Shown here: positions 9,853 through 20,500 of the stretch, piece by piece
Position numbering within the stretch: position 1 is the stretch's first letter
Layout: each line of letters begins with the position of its first letter
NCBI RefSeq assembly: GCF_000195955.2
Contig: NC_000962.3
Location: forward strand, 300,001-332,000
From: Mycobacterium tuberculosis H37Rv
GTDB lineage: Bacteria; Actinomycetota; Actinomycetes; Mycobacteriales; Mycobacteriaceae
Reading direction: 5' to 3'
Length of the DNA stretch: 32,000 nucleotides
Translations under genes and position numbers: made by a program
Notes under the pieces: generated by a model
Database searches by the model: none
The model's input: the letters and a program-made list of their open reading frames with translations, nothing else
What the model was told of the DNA's origin: nothing

Positions 9853-10073
9853 GCATGCAGAGCGTGGATTTGCACGTTGAGCGGCATTTGCCAAGCAGGG
9901 GTCGGTCACATCGCACGGTCGCAACAGTCACATGTGTCACTGCACTAGGCGACATCCGATCTGCCCAGCTCTCAGCGACAGGCGCCTGGCCGGCGGTTTT
10001 GTTCCCAAGTTGGTCGTGGCTGTGCGGGATTGGAGGCGGCGTTGACCTGCAGAAACCGAGTTGTCGCGCTTAG
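9699..10073 (+). CDS. Hypothetical 124-aa ORF (Rv0257-like), doubtful as a protein-coding gene
   Basis: Open frame only. It begins antisense to the cobalamin riboswitch and has no recognisable domain. Confidence 0.2.
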   Translation: MTRVSWLPDRCLPRLPACGRGLRGSLPGDSGGTAPDSHRLPASSSPDGKNIGMQSVDLHVERHLPSRGRSHRTVATVTCVTALGDIRSAQLSATGAWPAVLFPSWSWLCGIGGGVDLQKPSCRA

Positions 10074-10293
10074 CTGGGCACAGCGACCATCGCCGACGGC
10101 GGAGCTCGGCGTCGGTGAGTCGCTTCGGTCGGCCGGGGCGGCGCGATTCGGGTTCGACCACGTGGTCGTCGACCAGCTGACGCGCCGAACGTGCAACCAC
10201 GGCGGCAGCGCCCGGCGACGTGTCCCCGCCACCAGTACACGTTCGGCGCAGCCAGTGCACACACGGCACGGAGTTTAGGACTTACTCATTTGG

Positions 10294-10749
10294 CTATCCG
10301 CGACCGATATCGCCGACCAGGTAGCGCTGCATTGTCGGGCCAATGGCGTCGACCAGCATCTCCACCGACATGGAGTGCAGCGGCTCAGAACGCACCCCGT
10401 AGCGCATGATGCCCAAACCGACGAGTTGAGCGGCGCACAGCGACGCTCGGATGGCAATCTTGTCGGCCCCGAGCATCTTGAGCAACGGGTTGAAGACCGG
10501 TCCGATGAACATGGACTGCACGATCTCGGCGGTCTTGGCTAGCCCGGTGGTTGCGATGGCGCTCGCCGCAAAGGGACCGCCGCCGGCCGCATCCCAGGTG
10601 GTGATCAGCACGTAGAGGGTTCGGCGGCCTACCTGGTTGACGCTTCCGGTGACGATTTTTTCGATGAAATCCGGTGTGCCGAAGGGCAACCGCAGCATCT
10701 TCGCTACCGGGTCGAGGAGTCCGCGTGATGGCTCTTGGCTACGGGCCAT
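10294..10749 (-). CDS. TetR-type C-terminal (ligand-binding) domain protein lacking the N-terminal HTH (151 aa; Rv0258c-like)
   Basis: ...DKIAIRASLCAAQLVGLGIMRYGVRSEPLHSMSVEMLVDAIGPTMQRYLVGD resembles TetR C-terminal domains. The frame is closed 24 nt upstream of the ATG by the in-frame stop of the preceding gene. Confidence 0.7.
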   Translation of the reverse strand: MARSQEPSRGLLDPVAKMLRLPFGTPDFIEKIVTGSVNQVGRRTLYVLITTWDAAGGGPFAASAIATTGLAKTAEIVQSMFIGPVFNPLLKMLGADKIAIRASLCAAQLVGLGIMRYGVRSEPLHSMSVEMLVDAIGPTMQRYLVGDIGRG

Positions 10750-10773
10750 GGTGTCAGGATCACCCCGCTGTGA

Positions 10774-11517
10774 TCAAAGATCAAGCGTCACCGGTGTCGG
10801 CGTGCCATGCCAGCGGTGCAGCCGTTGCTGACGTGCTACCGCGCTGCGAAATCGGTTCGCGACCAGCTGTGCCAAGCCCGGATGGGTGCCGAGCGGTCGG
10901 GTTACCACATCGGCACCGGATGCCCGCAGCCGCTCTTGAAAAAGGCCTTCTGCCAACAGGAAGGAGGCGACCGCGACGCGGCGCGCACCTCGGTTGGCTT
11001 CGGCCCGGTCTCGGGCCCGCTGCACAGCCGTGCGCACATCCGGACCGCCGGTGCCCGCAAATCCCATGTCCACCCATGATCCGGTCAGTTCGGACACTAG
11101 CGTCCGAGTGGTGTGCAGGTCGGCACGTGCCCGCCTATCCGACGCGCCGGCCGCTGCGAGGATCACTGAATCGCCAGGACGCCAACCGGATTCCACCAGC
11201 TGCTGGGTGACTATCTGCGCGATCTCACGGCATGGCCCCAACGCGGGGGTGACCGTGACATGCGGGTGCGCACTGGCTGCGACATGAGCGGGCAGGTCGG
11301 TGCGAACATGATATCCGCGGGACAAGAACGCGGGCACCACGATTGCGGGACGGCAGGAAAGGGCGGAAAGCACTTCGCTGGGTGAGGGTCCGAGCACATC
11401 AACGAAGGCGACCTGCACAGTGCGGTCGACGAGCGCGCTCACTTGCGCGGCGATGTCCGCTATCATCGCGACACCGGACGGTCTGCGGGTTCCGTGGGCC
11501 GTCAAGATCAGGTTCAT
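10774..11517 (-). CDS. Sirohydrochlorin chelatase-like protein (CbiX/SirB family, 247 aa; Rv0259c-like)
   Basis: MNLILTAHGTRRPSGVAMIADIAAQVSAL...VVPAFLSRGYHVRTDLP...VAVASFLLAEGLFQERL: paired HGTR / AxFL...GYH / ASFLLAEG motifs of the chelatase family. Confidence 0.85.
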   Translation of the reverse strand: MNLILTAHGTRRPSGVAMIADIAAQVSALVDRTVQVAFVDVLGPSPSEVLSALSCRPAIVVPAFLSRGYHVRTDLPAHVAASAHPHVTVTPALGPCREIAQIVTQQLVESGWRPGDSVILAAAGASDRRARADLHTTRTLVSELTGSWVDMGFAGTGGPDVRTAVQRARDRAEANRGARRVAVASFLLAEGLFQERLRASGADVVTRPLGTHPGLAQLVANRFRSAVARQQRLHRWHGTPTPVTLDL

Positions 11518-12659
11518 ACGTCATCGTGCCGGCTGTCAACGGCGAGACGGTAGCCACGTTTCACCACTGTTGCCACGATGTTCTTGTCGCCCAGAGCCGT
11601 TCGTAGCCGCAGGACGGCGGTGTCCACGGCGTGGGTGTCGCTGCCGTCGCCGGGTAGGACGCGTAGCAAGTCGCCACGAGAGACGACGCCGCCGGGGCGA
11701 TGTACCAACGCGCGCAAAATCGCCATTCCGGACGGCGATAGTGGCTTCACCGAATCATCCACCAGCACAGAGGTTCCACGGATCTCGATCACGTGGCCGG
11801 CTGCTTTGAACGTGCACGAACCCAGCAGCGGCAGCTCCTCGGCAATGTGGCGGGCTAAGGCTCCCAACCGCATTCGCTCGGGAGCCGACGTCGGGACGCC
11901 CTTTCGGATCAACGGCCGCGAAGTTACCGGGCCGACACACATCGCGTGCACGTCGGTACGCAGCGCAGCCAACAGTTGGTCCTCGATATCCAATTCACGG
12001 CTGCGTTCTAGCACCGCGGCTGCGGCAGGTGCCGACGTGAAGGTGACCGCGTCGAATTGTCGTCGCGCGATCCCGGTGACTAAATGGTCGAACACGCCGC
12101 CTAGTGGCGCCGGCTTCCACCGGTAAACCCGGATCGGCACCACTTGCGCGCCGGCGAAACGTAACCCGCCCAGAAATTCCGGAAACGGGTCCCAGCTGTC
12201 GGCGGCACCGTGCAGCTGGACGGCAATACGCGTACGGGACACCCCCGATTCGAGCAGATATTCCAGCACTTCATGCGACGATTCAGAGTCGGGGGACCAC
12301 TCTTCACGCAGGCCGGCGGCACGCAGCGCACCAGTTGCCTTTGGTCCGCGGGAGATGATCCGGGCCGACGACAACGATTCCAGGAGCTCGTTGGCCAGCC
12401 CCCACCCCTCGGCCGCGGCCAACCAGCCGCGAAATCCGATGCCGGTGTGGGCGACCAGAATGTCAGGCGGGTCGGCGATCAACGCCTCGGTGTTGTTCTG
12501 CAGTTCATCGTCGTCGGGAAGCGCGATCATCTTGATCGCTGGGGCACTACAGACCTCGGCGCCCTGGCGGCGAAGCAATGCGCACAGCTCTTCGGCGCGG
12601 CGAGCGGATGTCACCGCGATCCGGTAGCCGGTCAGTGGCGCCGAGTGTGCCTGGGCCAT
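11514..12659 (-). CDS. nnaR: Uroporphyrinogen-III synthase-like domain fused to a C-terminal winged-helix DNA-binding domain (381 aa; Rv0260c/NnaR-like regulator)
   Basis: N-terminal HemD-like region (MAQAHSAPLTGYRIAVTSARRAEELCALLRRQGAEVCSAPAIKM...) and C-terminal OmpR/PhoB-type wHTH (LSPSGMAILRALVHRPGGVVSRGDLLRVLPG...VDTAVLRLRTALGDKNIVATVVKRGYRLAV). 4-nt overlap with the downstream SirB-like gene. Confidence 0.88.
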   Translation of the reverse strand: MAQAHSAPLTGYRIAVTSARRAEELCALLRRQGAEVCSAPAIKMIALPDDDELQNNTEALIADPPDILVAHTGIGFRGWLAAAEGWGLANELLESLSSARIISRGPKATGALRAAGLREEWSPDSESSHEVLEYLLESGVSRTRIAVQLHGAADSWDPFPEFLGGLRFAGAQVVPIRVYRWKPAPLGGVFDHLVTGIARRQFDAVTFTSAPAAAAVLERSRELDIEDQLLAALRTDVHAMCVGPVTSRPLIRKGVPTSAPERMRLGALARHIAEELPLLGSCTFKAAGHVIEIRGTSVLVDDSVKPLSPSGMAILRALVHRPGGVVSRGDLLRVLPGDGSDTHAVDTAVLRLRTALGDKNIVATVVKRGYRLAVDSRHDDV

Positions 12660-12758
12660 ATGACGTGTCTAGGCCTGTGAGGTTTCAGTCGCGTTACCAG
12701 GCAATTGCTGCCGGATTGCCCATTGCCGATACCCACCTCTGTGGCTTCGGGCGTGGCG

Positions 12759-14168
12759 CTAGACGTAGGCCAAGCCCGCGGGTGCGGTGGTCGCCGGCAC
12801 GAGCTCGCCGGCGCTCTTTAGGCCCCGACGCACATAAATCGCCCAGGTCAGCACCGAGGCGACCAGGTAGAACACCCCGAAGGCCCAAAATGCCGAGGTG
12901 GCCGTGCCACTGGTCAGGTAGGACTCTCGCAGAGCCAGGTTGACGCCCACTCCGCCGAGCGCGCCGACCGCCCCGGCCAGGCCGATCAGCGCGCCTGACA
13001 TCGACCGCGACCACTGCCTGCGCTCGGCTTCACTGATCTGCAGCGAATGGCTGCGCGCCTCGAAGATCGACGGAATCATCTTGTACACAGAGCCATTGCC
13101 GATGCCGGACAAAATGAACAGAGCCGTGAAGCCGATGACGTAGCCGACCATCGTCGCAGTCGGCATCGGCCCGGCCAGGTGGTCACCGAAAGTGCTTGCG
13201 CTGATGAGTATTCCGGTGGCCAGCAGCATGGCGCAGAAGGCAGCTAGGGTGACTCGGCCGCCACCGATACGGTCGGCGAGCTTGCCGCCATATATTCGGG
13301 ACAGCGATCCCAATAGCGGCCCCAGGAAGGCGATCTGGGCCGCATGCAGCGAGGCCTGCGCCGTGCTCTGACCGCTGGCGATGAAGTTGATCTGCAGCAC
13401 CTGACCGAATGCGAAAGAGAACCCGATGAACGAGCCGAAAGTGCCGATGTACAGCAGCGAGATCACCCAGGTGTGCGGCTCGGACACTACCGCACGCATG
13501 GTGTTCAGCTCGATGCGATACTCCGTCAGGTTGTCCATGTACAGTGCGGCGCCGAGGCCGGCGACCGCCAGCAGCACCAGATATATCGCGCACACCCAGT
13601 AGGGCTCGCGGTCACCGGCCGTTGCGATCACCAGCAGGCCGACCAACTGCACCATCGGCACCCCGAGGTTGCCGCCACCCGCGTTGAGCGCAAGCGCGGC
13701 GCCCTTGAGTCGTTGCGGAAAGAAAGCGTTGATGTTCGTCATGGAGGCGGCGAAGTTGCCGCCGCCGAGGCCGGCTAGCGCACCGCACACCAGATACGGC
13801 CACAGTGGCAAACCAGGGTTGGCCAGCAACAGAATGCTGCCAACGGTCGGAATCAACAGCACCAGTGCGGAAAAGATGGTCCAGTTGCGCCCCCCGAACT
13901 TTGCGGTGGCAAATGTGTAAGGGAAGCGCAGGCATGCCCCGACCAAGGTCGCGGTGGCGCCGAGCAGGAACTTGTCGCCGGCGGAAAAGCCGTACACCGA
14001 TGTGGGCATGAACAGCACCATCACCGACCAGAGGGACCAGACGGAAAATCCGACGTGCTCGGCGGCCACCGACCAGATCAGATTGCGTCGGGCGATGAAT
14101 TTGTTGCCGGCCTCCCACGCCACCGAGTCTTCGGGATCCCAGTCGGAGATCTGGTGGGAACGGCCCAT
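12759..14168 (-). CDS. narK3: Nitrate/nitrite MFS transporter NarK3 (469 aa; Rv0261c-like)
   Basis: WDPEDSVAWEAGNKFIARRNLIWSVAAEHVGFSVWSLWSVMVLFMP..., LGGGNFAASMTNINAFFP, multi-TM NarK family. Confidence 0.93.
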   Translation of the reverse strand: MGRSHQISDWDPEDSVAWEAGNKFIARRNLIWSVAAEHVGFSVWSLWSVMVLFMPTSVYGFSAGDKFLLGATATLVGACLRFPYTFATAKFGGRNWTIFSALVLLIPTVGSILLLANPGLPLWPYLVCGALAGLGGGNFAASMTNINAFFPQRLKGAALALNAGGGNLGVPMVQLVGLLVIATAGDREPYWVCAIYLVLLAVAGLGAALYMDNLTEYRIELNTMRAVVSEPHTWVISLLYIGTFGSFIGFSFAFGQVLQINFIASGQSTAQASLHAAQIAFLGPLLGSLSRIYGGKLADRIGGGRVTLAAFCAMLLATGILISASTFGDHLAGPMPTATMVGYVIGFTALFILSGIGNGSVYKMIPSIFEARSHSLQISEAERRQWSRSMSGALIGLAGAVGALGGVGVNLALRESYLTSGTATSAFWAFGVFYLVASVLTWAIYVRRGLKSAGELVPATTAPAGLAYV

Positions 14169-14180
14169 ACTGACCCCTAT

Positions 14181-14203
14181 CGTGATCGACGTTCTCGATC
14201 ACG
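14181..14203 (-). promoter_or_regulatory. Perfect 8-bp-arm inverted repeat CGTGATCG-N7-CGATCACG upstream of narK3
   Basis: CGTGATCG ACGTTCT CGATCACG read directly at 14181-14203, beginning 13 bp upstream of the narK3 start codon. Confidence 0.75.
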
Positions 14204-14259
14204 CTAGAAATCCTTTGTTGCCCGGGCGCTTCCGGTAGTGACCCCGGCGTGAACTTTCG

Positions 14260-14286
14260 CTCACACGGTTACCGCCAGCGTGTGAG
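14260..14286. repeat. Inverted repeat CTCACAC-N13-GTGTGAG in the aac-narK3 intergenic region
   Basis: CTCACAC (14260-14266), spacer GGTTACCGCCAGC, GTGTGAG (14280-14286). Confidence 0.6.
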
Positions 14287-14308
14287 GGCGGCCGTGCAGC
14301 GGAGCGGA

Positions 14309-14863
<555 letters not shown>

Positions 14864-15766
14864 CTACCAGGCTTGTGTTACACCCTGGCCAGGCAACCGA
14901 GACCGGGGTCGTGCCCAGTGCAGTCGCACATATTGGCCGGGCCGTATCTGCGCGACCTTGTCGATGTCCTCGTCGGTGATGACGCCGACGACCGGATAGC
15001 TTCCGGTGATCGGGTGATCCGGCCCCAGGATCACCGGTAATCCGTTGGGCGGCACCTGGATTGCGCCGCGGGTAACGCCTTCGCCGGGCAGTTGCCGATC
15101 CGGCCAGCGGTGCTGTAGCGGGCGGCCCTGTAGCCGCATTCCTACGCGGTCACTGCGGTTGGACGCCATCCAGATGGTATGCACCAACGCGTCCGGGTCC
15201 ACCAGCCAGTCGTCGCGCGGCCCGGGCACCACCCGCAGCTCCACCAGATGCTCCTCGATAGCGGCCACCGGTGCCTGGTCGAGTTCGGGATAGTCGTCGG
15301 TGTGTTCGCCGACCGGCAGCACGTCTCCGGCCCGTAGCGGCGACGGGCCGATCGCCGACATCACGTCGTAGCTGCGTGACCCCAGCACGGGCTCCACACA
15401 GACGCCGCCGCGCACCGCCAGATAGGTCCGCAGCCCGGCCCGTGGGGTGCCCAGTGAGATCACCTGGCCGTCCCGGACGTGGTGAATGCTGTTGGTGCCG
15501 ACCATGATTCCGTTCACGGTCGGATCGGTGTCGGCGCCCGTCACCGCGATGTCGACGTCGCCGCCGCGAACCCGCGCCGAGAAGCCGCCGAAGGTCACTT
15601 CGACCGTGGCCCAATCGTCGGGGTTGGCGACTAGCCGGTTGGCCAGCGTGTGGGAGCGGCGGTCGGCGGCACCGGATCGACCGACACCGAGATGGGCCAG
15701 TCCGGCACGGCCGAGGTCTTCGACGAGGGCCAGCGGTCCGCTGCGCAGGATTTCCAGTGTTGTCAT
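14864..15766 (-). CDS. pxpC: 5-oxoprolinase subunit C / biotin-dependent carboxyltransferase family (PxpC/KipA; Rv0263c-like, 300 aa)
   Basis: [49 protein letters not shown]...; [16 protein letters not shown]-like segment ([30 protein letters not shown]). Start taken at 15766 rather than the track start 15847. Confidence 0.9.
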   Translation of the reverse strand: MTTLEILRSGPLALVEDLGRAGLAHLGVGRSGAADRRSHTLANRLVANPDDWATVEVTFGGFSARVRGGDVDIAVTGADTDPTVNGIMVGTNSIHHVRDGQVISLGTPRAGLRTYLAVRGGVCVEPVLGSRSYDVMSAIGPSPLRAGDVLPVGEHTDDYPELDQAPVAAIEEHLVELRVVPGPRDDWLVDPDALVHTIWMASNRSDRVGMRLQGRPLQHRWPDRQLPGEGVTRGAIQVPPNGLPVILGPDHPITGSYPVVGVITDEDIDKVAQIRPGQYVRLHWARPRSRLPGQGVTQAW

Positions 15767-15782
15767 GGCTGCTTCCTCCAGC

Positions 15783-16415
15783 TCAGGCGGCCCGGAACTG
15801 AACCCACATGCCCGGTGTGAGCAGCGCCGGCTGGGGTCGGTCGACATCCCACAGGACCGCGTCGGTGTGGCCGATGATCTGCCAATCGCTGGGCGCTTGA
15901 GATGGATATATCGCGCTGAATCCGTCGGCGAGGGCGACCGATCCGGGCGGCATCGAGGTGCGCCGTTCGGGCCGGCGCGGCACCCGCAGGCTCGGGTCGC
16001 CGTCGATCAGGTAGGCGAACCCCGGGGCGGACCCACTGAATCCCGCCCGCCATCCGGTGGCGGTGTGGGCGTTGATGACCGCTGCGGTGGTCAGGCCGGT
16101 GCAGCGGGCGACCTCGGCGAGGTCTGGGCCGTCGTAGACGACGTCGATTACCAGGTCGCATCGGTGATCGGCCGCAGCCACCGCCTCGGGGGTGACCCGC
16201 AACCTGCGCAGCCGCTGACGGGTGACCCCTTGGTAGCGGGGCGCGTCCAGCTTCACCAATACGGTGCGCGAGGCCGCAACGATGTCGACCACACCGGGTA
16301 GCGCCGCGGCTCGCAATGCATCGGTCCATGCCATTGCGTCAGCGGTGCTGTCACATTGCAGCATCAGCGCATGGTCGCCGTAGTCGAGCACGGTGCAGGC
16401 CAATGCCGCGTCCAT
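15783..16415 (-). CDS. pxpB: 5-oxoprolinase subunit B / KipI-like (Rv0264c-like, 210 aa; start uncertain, could be up to 16457)
   Basis: [23 protein letters not shown]...[74 protein letters not shown]: characteristic GFxPGFxYL / PRRxxPRxxxPxGSVA pattern of PxpB. Confidence 0.9.
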   Translation of the reverse strand: MDAALACTVLDYGDHALMLQCDSTADAMAWTDALRAAALPGVVDIVAASRTVLVKLDAPRYQGVTRQRLRRLRVTPEAVAAADHRCDLVIDVVYDGPDLAEVARCTGLTTAAVINAHTATGWRAGFSGSAPGFAYLIDGDPSLRVPRRPERRTSMPPGSVALADGFSAIYPSQAPSDWQIIGHTDAVLWDVDRPQPALLTPGMWVQFRAA

Positions 16416-16510
16416 AAAGACGTCCATCACACTCATGCGTCGACGGTAGCGCTGCAATCTTCGGCTCGGCCAGGGATTTTCGAGACTGCCAGAGGTGCCT
16501 TAGCAAATGC

Positions 16511-17503
16511 TCATGCGCCCAAGATCTGGCTGATCTGTGGCGGCAGTTGCTCGGCCACCACGGGATAACTCAGCACCGACGAGAAGGCGATGGCTCCGGC
16601 CTGTTCCTTGGAAGTGAAGATGTGGCGCCGCTGGGCGGTTGCCTGCGACGCCGCAATCTCCGGGTCGGCCAACAACGCCTTCTCGTCCTCGGGGCTCTCG
16701 GTCATCCAGATCAGCACATCGGCGGCATCAAGCACCGCTTTAATGTGATCGCGCGGAATGACGCCGCGCTGATCGACGGCGAAGGGTTTGATGCTGTCGG
16801 CGATCACCAGACCCATGTCGTTGAGGAAGTCAGTTCGCCAGCCCGCCAGGGTTGCGACCACGTTGCCCTGCCAGAGGCGACCCTGCAGCAACAGCGCCTT
16901 CTTGCCCCGCCAGCGCGGATGCCGCTGCGCCACCGCGGCGAACTTCTGGTCGACGGCCTCGATCAGCGACCTCATCCGGTCGGCCGCAAACACCGCCTGG
17001 CCGATCGACCTGGCCTGGTCCTTCCACGGCTCGAAGAATGCGTCGCCGCCGGACTGGGCGACGGTCGGGGCGATCGCCGACAGCTGCTGATAGGTATCGG
17101 CGTCCACCCCGGCGTTGATCGCCACGATCAGGTCGGGTTTTAAGGCGGCGATTCGGTCGATCTGAATCCCGTTGTCCAGGTTCAATACCGCCGGCCGCGC
17201 CCCGCCGAGCTTGGGCGCCGCCCACGGCCACACCGCAAACGGCTGGTCACCGAACCAGTCGGTCACCGCGATGGGCACCACATCGACCGCGAGCAAGTCG
17301 TCCTGCTCGGTGTAGCCGGCGCTGACCACGCGCTTGGGTGGCTCTTTGATGACGGTCTGACCGAACAGGTGGGTGATAGTTACCGCCGCGCCGCCAGGAG
17401 TGCCCGGCGGGGGTTTGGGCGATGAACAGCCCGCGAACAGCCCGGTGGCTGCTGCAGCCTCGGCGACCTGCAAGAATCCCCGGCGGCTGCATCCCTGTCG
17501 CAC
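16511..17503 (-). CDS. fecB2: Periplasmic-binding lipoprotein, iron-siderophore/cobalamin type (FecB2-like; Rv0265c-like, 330 aa)
   Basis: Signal peptide with lipobox MRQGCSRRGFLQVAEAAAATGLFAGCSSPKPPPG; PPKRVVSAGYTEQDDLLAVDVVPIAV...RIAALKPDLIVAIN of class III solute-binding proteins. Confidence 0.9.
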   Translation of the reverse strand: MRQGCSRRGFLQVAEAAAATGLFAGCSSPKPPPGTPGGAAVTITHLFGQTVIKEPPKRVVSAGYTEQDDLLAVDVVPIAVTDWFGDQPFAVWPWAAPKLGGARPAVLNLDNGIQIDRIAALKPDLIVAINAGVDADTYQQLSAIAPTVAQSGGDAFFEPWKDQARSIGQAVFAADRMRSLIEAVDQKFAAVAQRHPRWRGKKALLLQGRLWQGNVVATLAGWRTDFLNDMGLVIADSIKPFAVDQRGVIPRDHIKAVLDAADVLIWMTESPEDEKALLADPEIAASQATAQRRHIFTSKEQAGAIAFSSVLSYPVVAEQLPPQISQILGA

Positions 17504-17524
17504 AGCGTGAGGGTATCGCGCGCG

Positions 17525-20500
17525 TTACCGCCGGCGTCGGGCGCTGGTACTTGCTGGCCCGTATCCGCCGCCGCCGGGGGTTTCGATCACCAGCGTGTCG
17601 CCCGGCTCGACGTGCGTTGAGCCGCATCCGGCCAACTCGACGGTGCTGCCGTCGGCGCGTTCCACTCGGTTGCGTCCCAGCTCTCCGGGGGAGCCGCCGG
17701 CCATGCCGTAGGGCCGAACCCGCCGATGACCGGAGAGCGTGCTGACCGTCATCGGCTCGGTGAACTCGAGGCGTCGGACGGCGCCGTCGCCGCCCCGCCA
17801 GCGACCGGCGCCCCCGCTGCCCTGACGTACGGCGAACTCGCGCAGCAACACCGGGTAGCGCCACTCCAGCACCTCGGGATCGGTGAGCCGGGAGTTGGTC
17901 ATGTGCGTCTGCACCACCGAGGCCCCGTGGTACCCGTCACCGGCCCCGGAGCCCGATCCTACGGTTTCGTAGTACTGGTGCCGCTCGTTGCCGAACGTGA
18001 CGTTGTTCATCGTCCCGGATCCCTCGGCCTGCACACCCAACGCGGCGAACAGCGCGCCGGTGATCGCCTGCGAGGTTTCGACGTTGCCAGCGACCACCGC
18101 GGCGGGATGGGTTGGTGCGAGCATCGAGCCTTCGGGGACGACGATACGCAACGGGCGCAGGCAACCGTCGTTGAGCGGGATGTCGTCGGCGACCAGGGTC
18201 CGGAACACGTAGAGCACCGCCGCATTCACCACCGAGGTCGGTGCGTTGAAGTTGGTGTCCAGCTGAGCCGAGGTTCCGGTGAAGTCGATGGTCGCGCTGC
18301 GGGCGGCGCGGTCGACGGTGATGCGCACGGCGATCGTCGCGCCCGAATCCATGCGGTAGCGGTAGGCGCCGTTGTCGAGCCGGTCGATGACCCGGCGGAC
18401 CGCTTCCTCGGCGTTGTCCTGGACGTGGCGCATGTAGGCCGCCACCACGTCGCGGCCGAAGTGGTCGATCATTTTTCCGACCTCGTCGACGCCCTTTTGG
18501 TTGGCGGCGATCTGCGCGCGCAGATCGGCGAGGTTGGTGTCGGGATTGCGGGAACCGAACGGCGCCTCGGTAAGCAGGCGCCGGGTTTCGGCCTCGCGGA
18601 ACCGTCCGTTCTCGGCGAGCAGCCAGTTGTCGAACAGCACGCCCTCTTCGTGGATCTCGCGGCTGTCGGCGGGCATGGAGCCGGGGGTGATGCCGCCGAT
18701 TTCGGCGTGGTGCCCGCGAGAGGCGACAAAGAATAGGACGTCCTCGCCGCCGGTGTTGAACACCGGGGTGATCACTGTGATGTCCGGCAGGTGGGTGCCG
18801 CCGTGGTACGGGTCGTTGACGGCGTATACGTCACCGGGCTTCATGCCGCTCAAGCGCCGGCGGATCACTTCCTTGACGGTGGTGCCCATCGAGCCGAGGT
18901 GCACCGGAATGTGCGGGGCGTTGGCGACCAGGTTGCCGTCCGGATCGAACAGCGCGCAGGAGAAGTCCAGCCGCTCCCGGATGTTCACCGACTGGGCGGT
19001 GGCTTCCAGCCGGAAGCCCATCTGCTCGGCGATCGACATGAACAGGTTGTTGAAGATCTCCAACAGCACCGGGTCGGCCTCGAAACCGGCCTCGAAACCG
19101 GCCCGAGTGGCCGCATCGGGCCGCGGCGGGGTGACCACTCGTTGCGCGAGCAGGTGCCCGGTCTCCGTCATCGTCGCCTGCCAGCCGTCGTCGACGACGG
19201 TGGTGGCGTTGGCCTCGGCGATGATCGCCGGACCGGTCAGCACGTCGCCCGGCCGCATCGCCTCCCTACGCCGCAGCGGTGCGTCGCGCCACAATCCGTT
19301 CGAATAGATCCGCACGGTTTCCGACGAGCCGGTGGTGTCGTTGGCCTGATCGCCCAGCTGGGACAGGTCGGGCTGGTCGGTGAGCCCGGTCGCCTCGACC
19401 GAGATCGCTTCGGCGATCAGCGGACGATCCAGCAGGAACGTGTACAGCGCGCGGTGGCTGCTTTCAAACGCCGTGGCCATGGTCTCGATCTCGGCCAGTT
19501 GCACGGGGATCGCGGTATCGGTTCCCTCATAGCGCAGGTGCACCCGGCGAACCACCCGGATGCGCTCACCCGGGACGCCCTCGTCCAGCAACTCGGCGCG
19601 GGCGGCTCGTTCGAGGGATTCCGCAACGCTGGCCAAACGCTGTGGCGCGGCGGGTCCGAGCGGGATCTCCACCGATTGTTCGCGCATTGCGGTGGTGTCG
19701 GCCAGGCCGATCCCCAGCGCGGAAAGCACGCCGGCCATTGGTGGGATCAGCACCGTGCGGATGCCGAGGGCGTCGGCCACCGCACATGCGTGCTGACCGC
19801 CGGCGCCGCCGAACGTCGTCAGCGCGTACCGCGTCACGTCGTGTCCCTTTTGCACGGAGATCTTTTTGACCGCGTTGGCCATGTTCGCCACCGCGATCCG
19901 CAGATATCCCTCGGCGACCTGCTCGGGTGACCGGTCGTCGCCGGTCCGCGCGGCGATGTCGGCGGCCAGGTCGGTGAAGCCACGCCGCACGGTCCCGGCG
20001 TCCAGCGGCTGGTCGCCGGAAGGACCGAATACGGACGGGAAGTGGGTGGGCTGGATGCGGCCGAGCATCACGTTGGCGTCGGTGACGCACAGCGGTCCGC
20101 CGCCGCGGTAGCAGGCCGGGCCGGGGTCGGCTCCGGCCGAGTCCGGGCCGACTCGGTAGCGGCTCCCGTCGAAATGCAGAATCGACCCGCCGCCGGCGGC
20201 CACCGTGTGGATGTCCAGCATCGGCGCGCGCAGCCGGACCCCGGCAACCTGGGTCGTGAAGACGCGTTCGTACTCGCCGGCGTAGTGCGACACGTCGGTC
20301 GAGGTGCCGCCCATGTCGAAGCCAATAACATGATCGAAGCCGGCCAGCGCCGACATCCGCACCATGCCGACGATGCCGCCGGCCGGACCAGACAGAATCG
20401 CGTCCTTGCCGCGGAAGTGCCCGGCCTGCGCCAGCCCCCCGTTGGACTGCATGAACATCAGTCGCACACCCCGCATCTGGTCGGCCACCTGGTTGATGTA

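Noticed and set aside
9937-10269. 110-aa minus and 82-aa plus ORFs between the riboswitch and Rv0258c-like gene
   Set aside because: No domain signature, Arg-rich composition and overlapping frames on both strands. Cannot be supported as genes.
18791-19930. 379-aa plus ORF
   Set aside because: Antisense to oplA, with no recognisable motif and biased composition.
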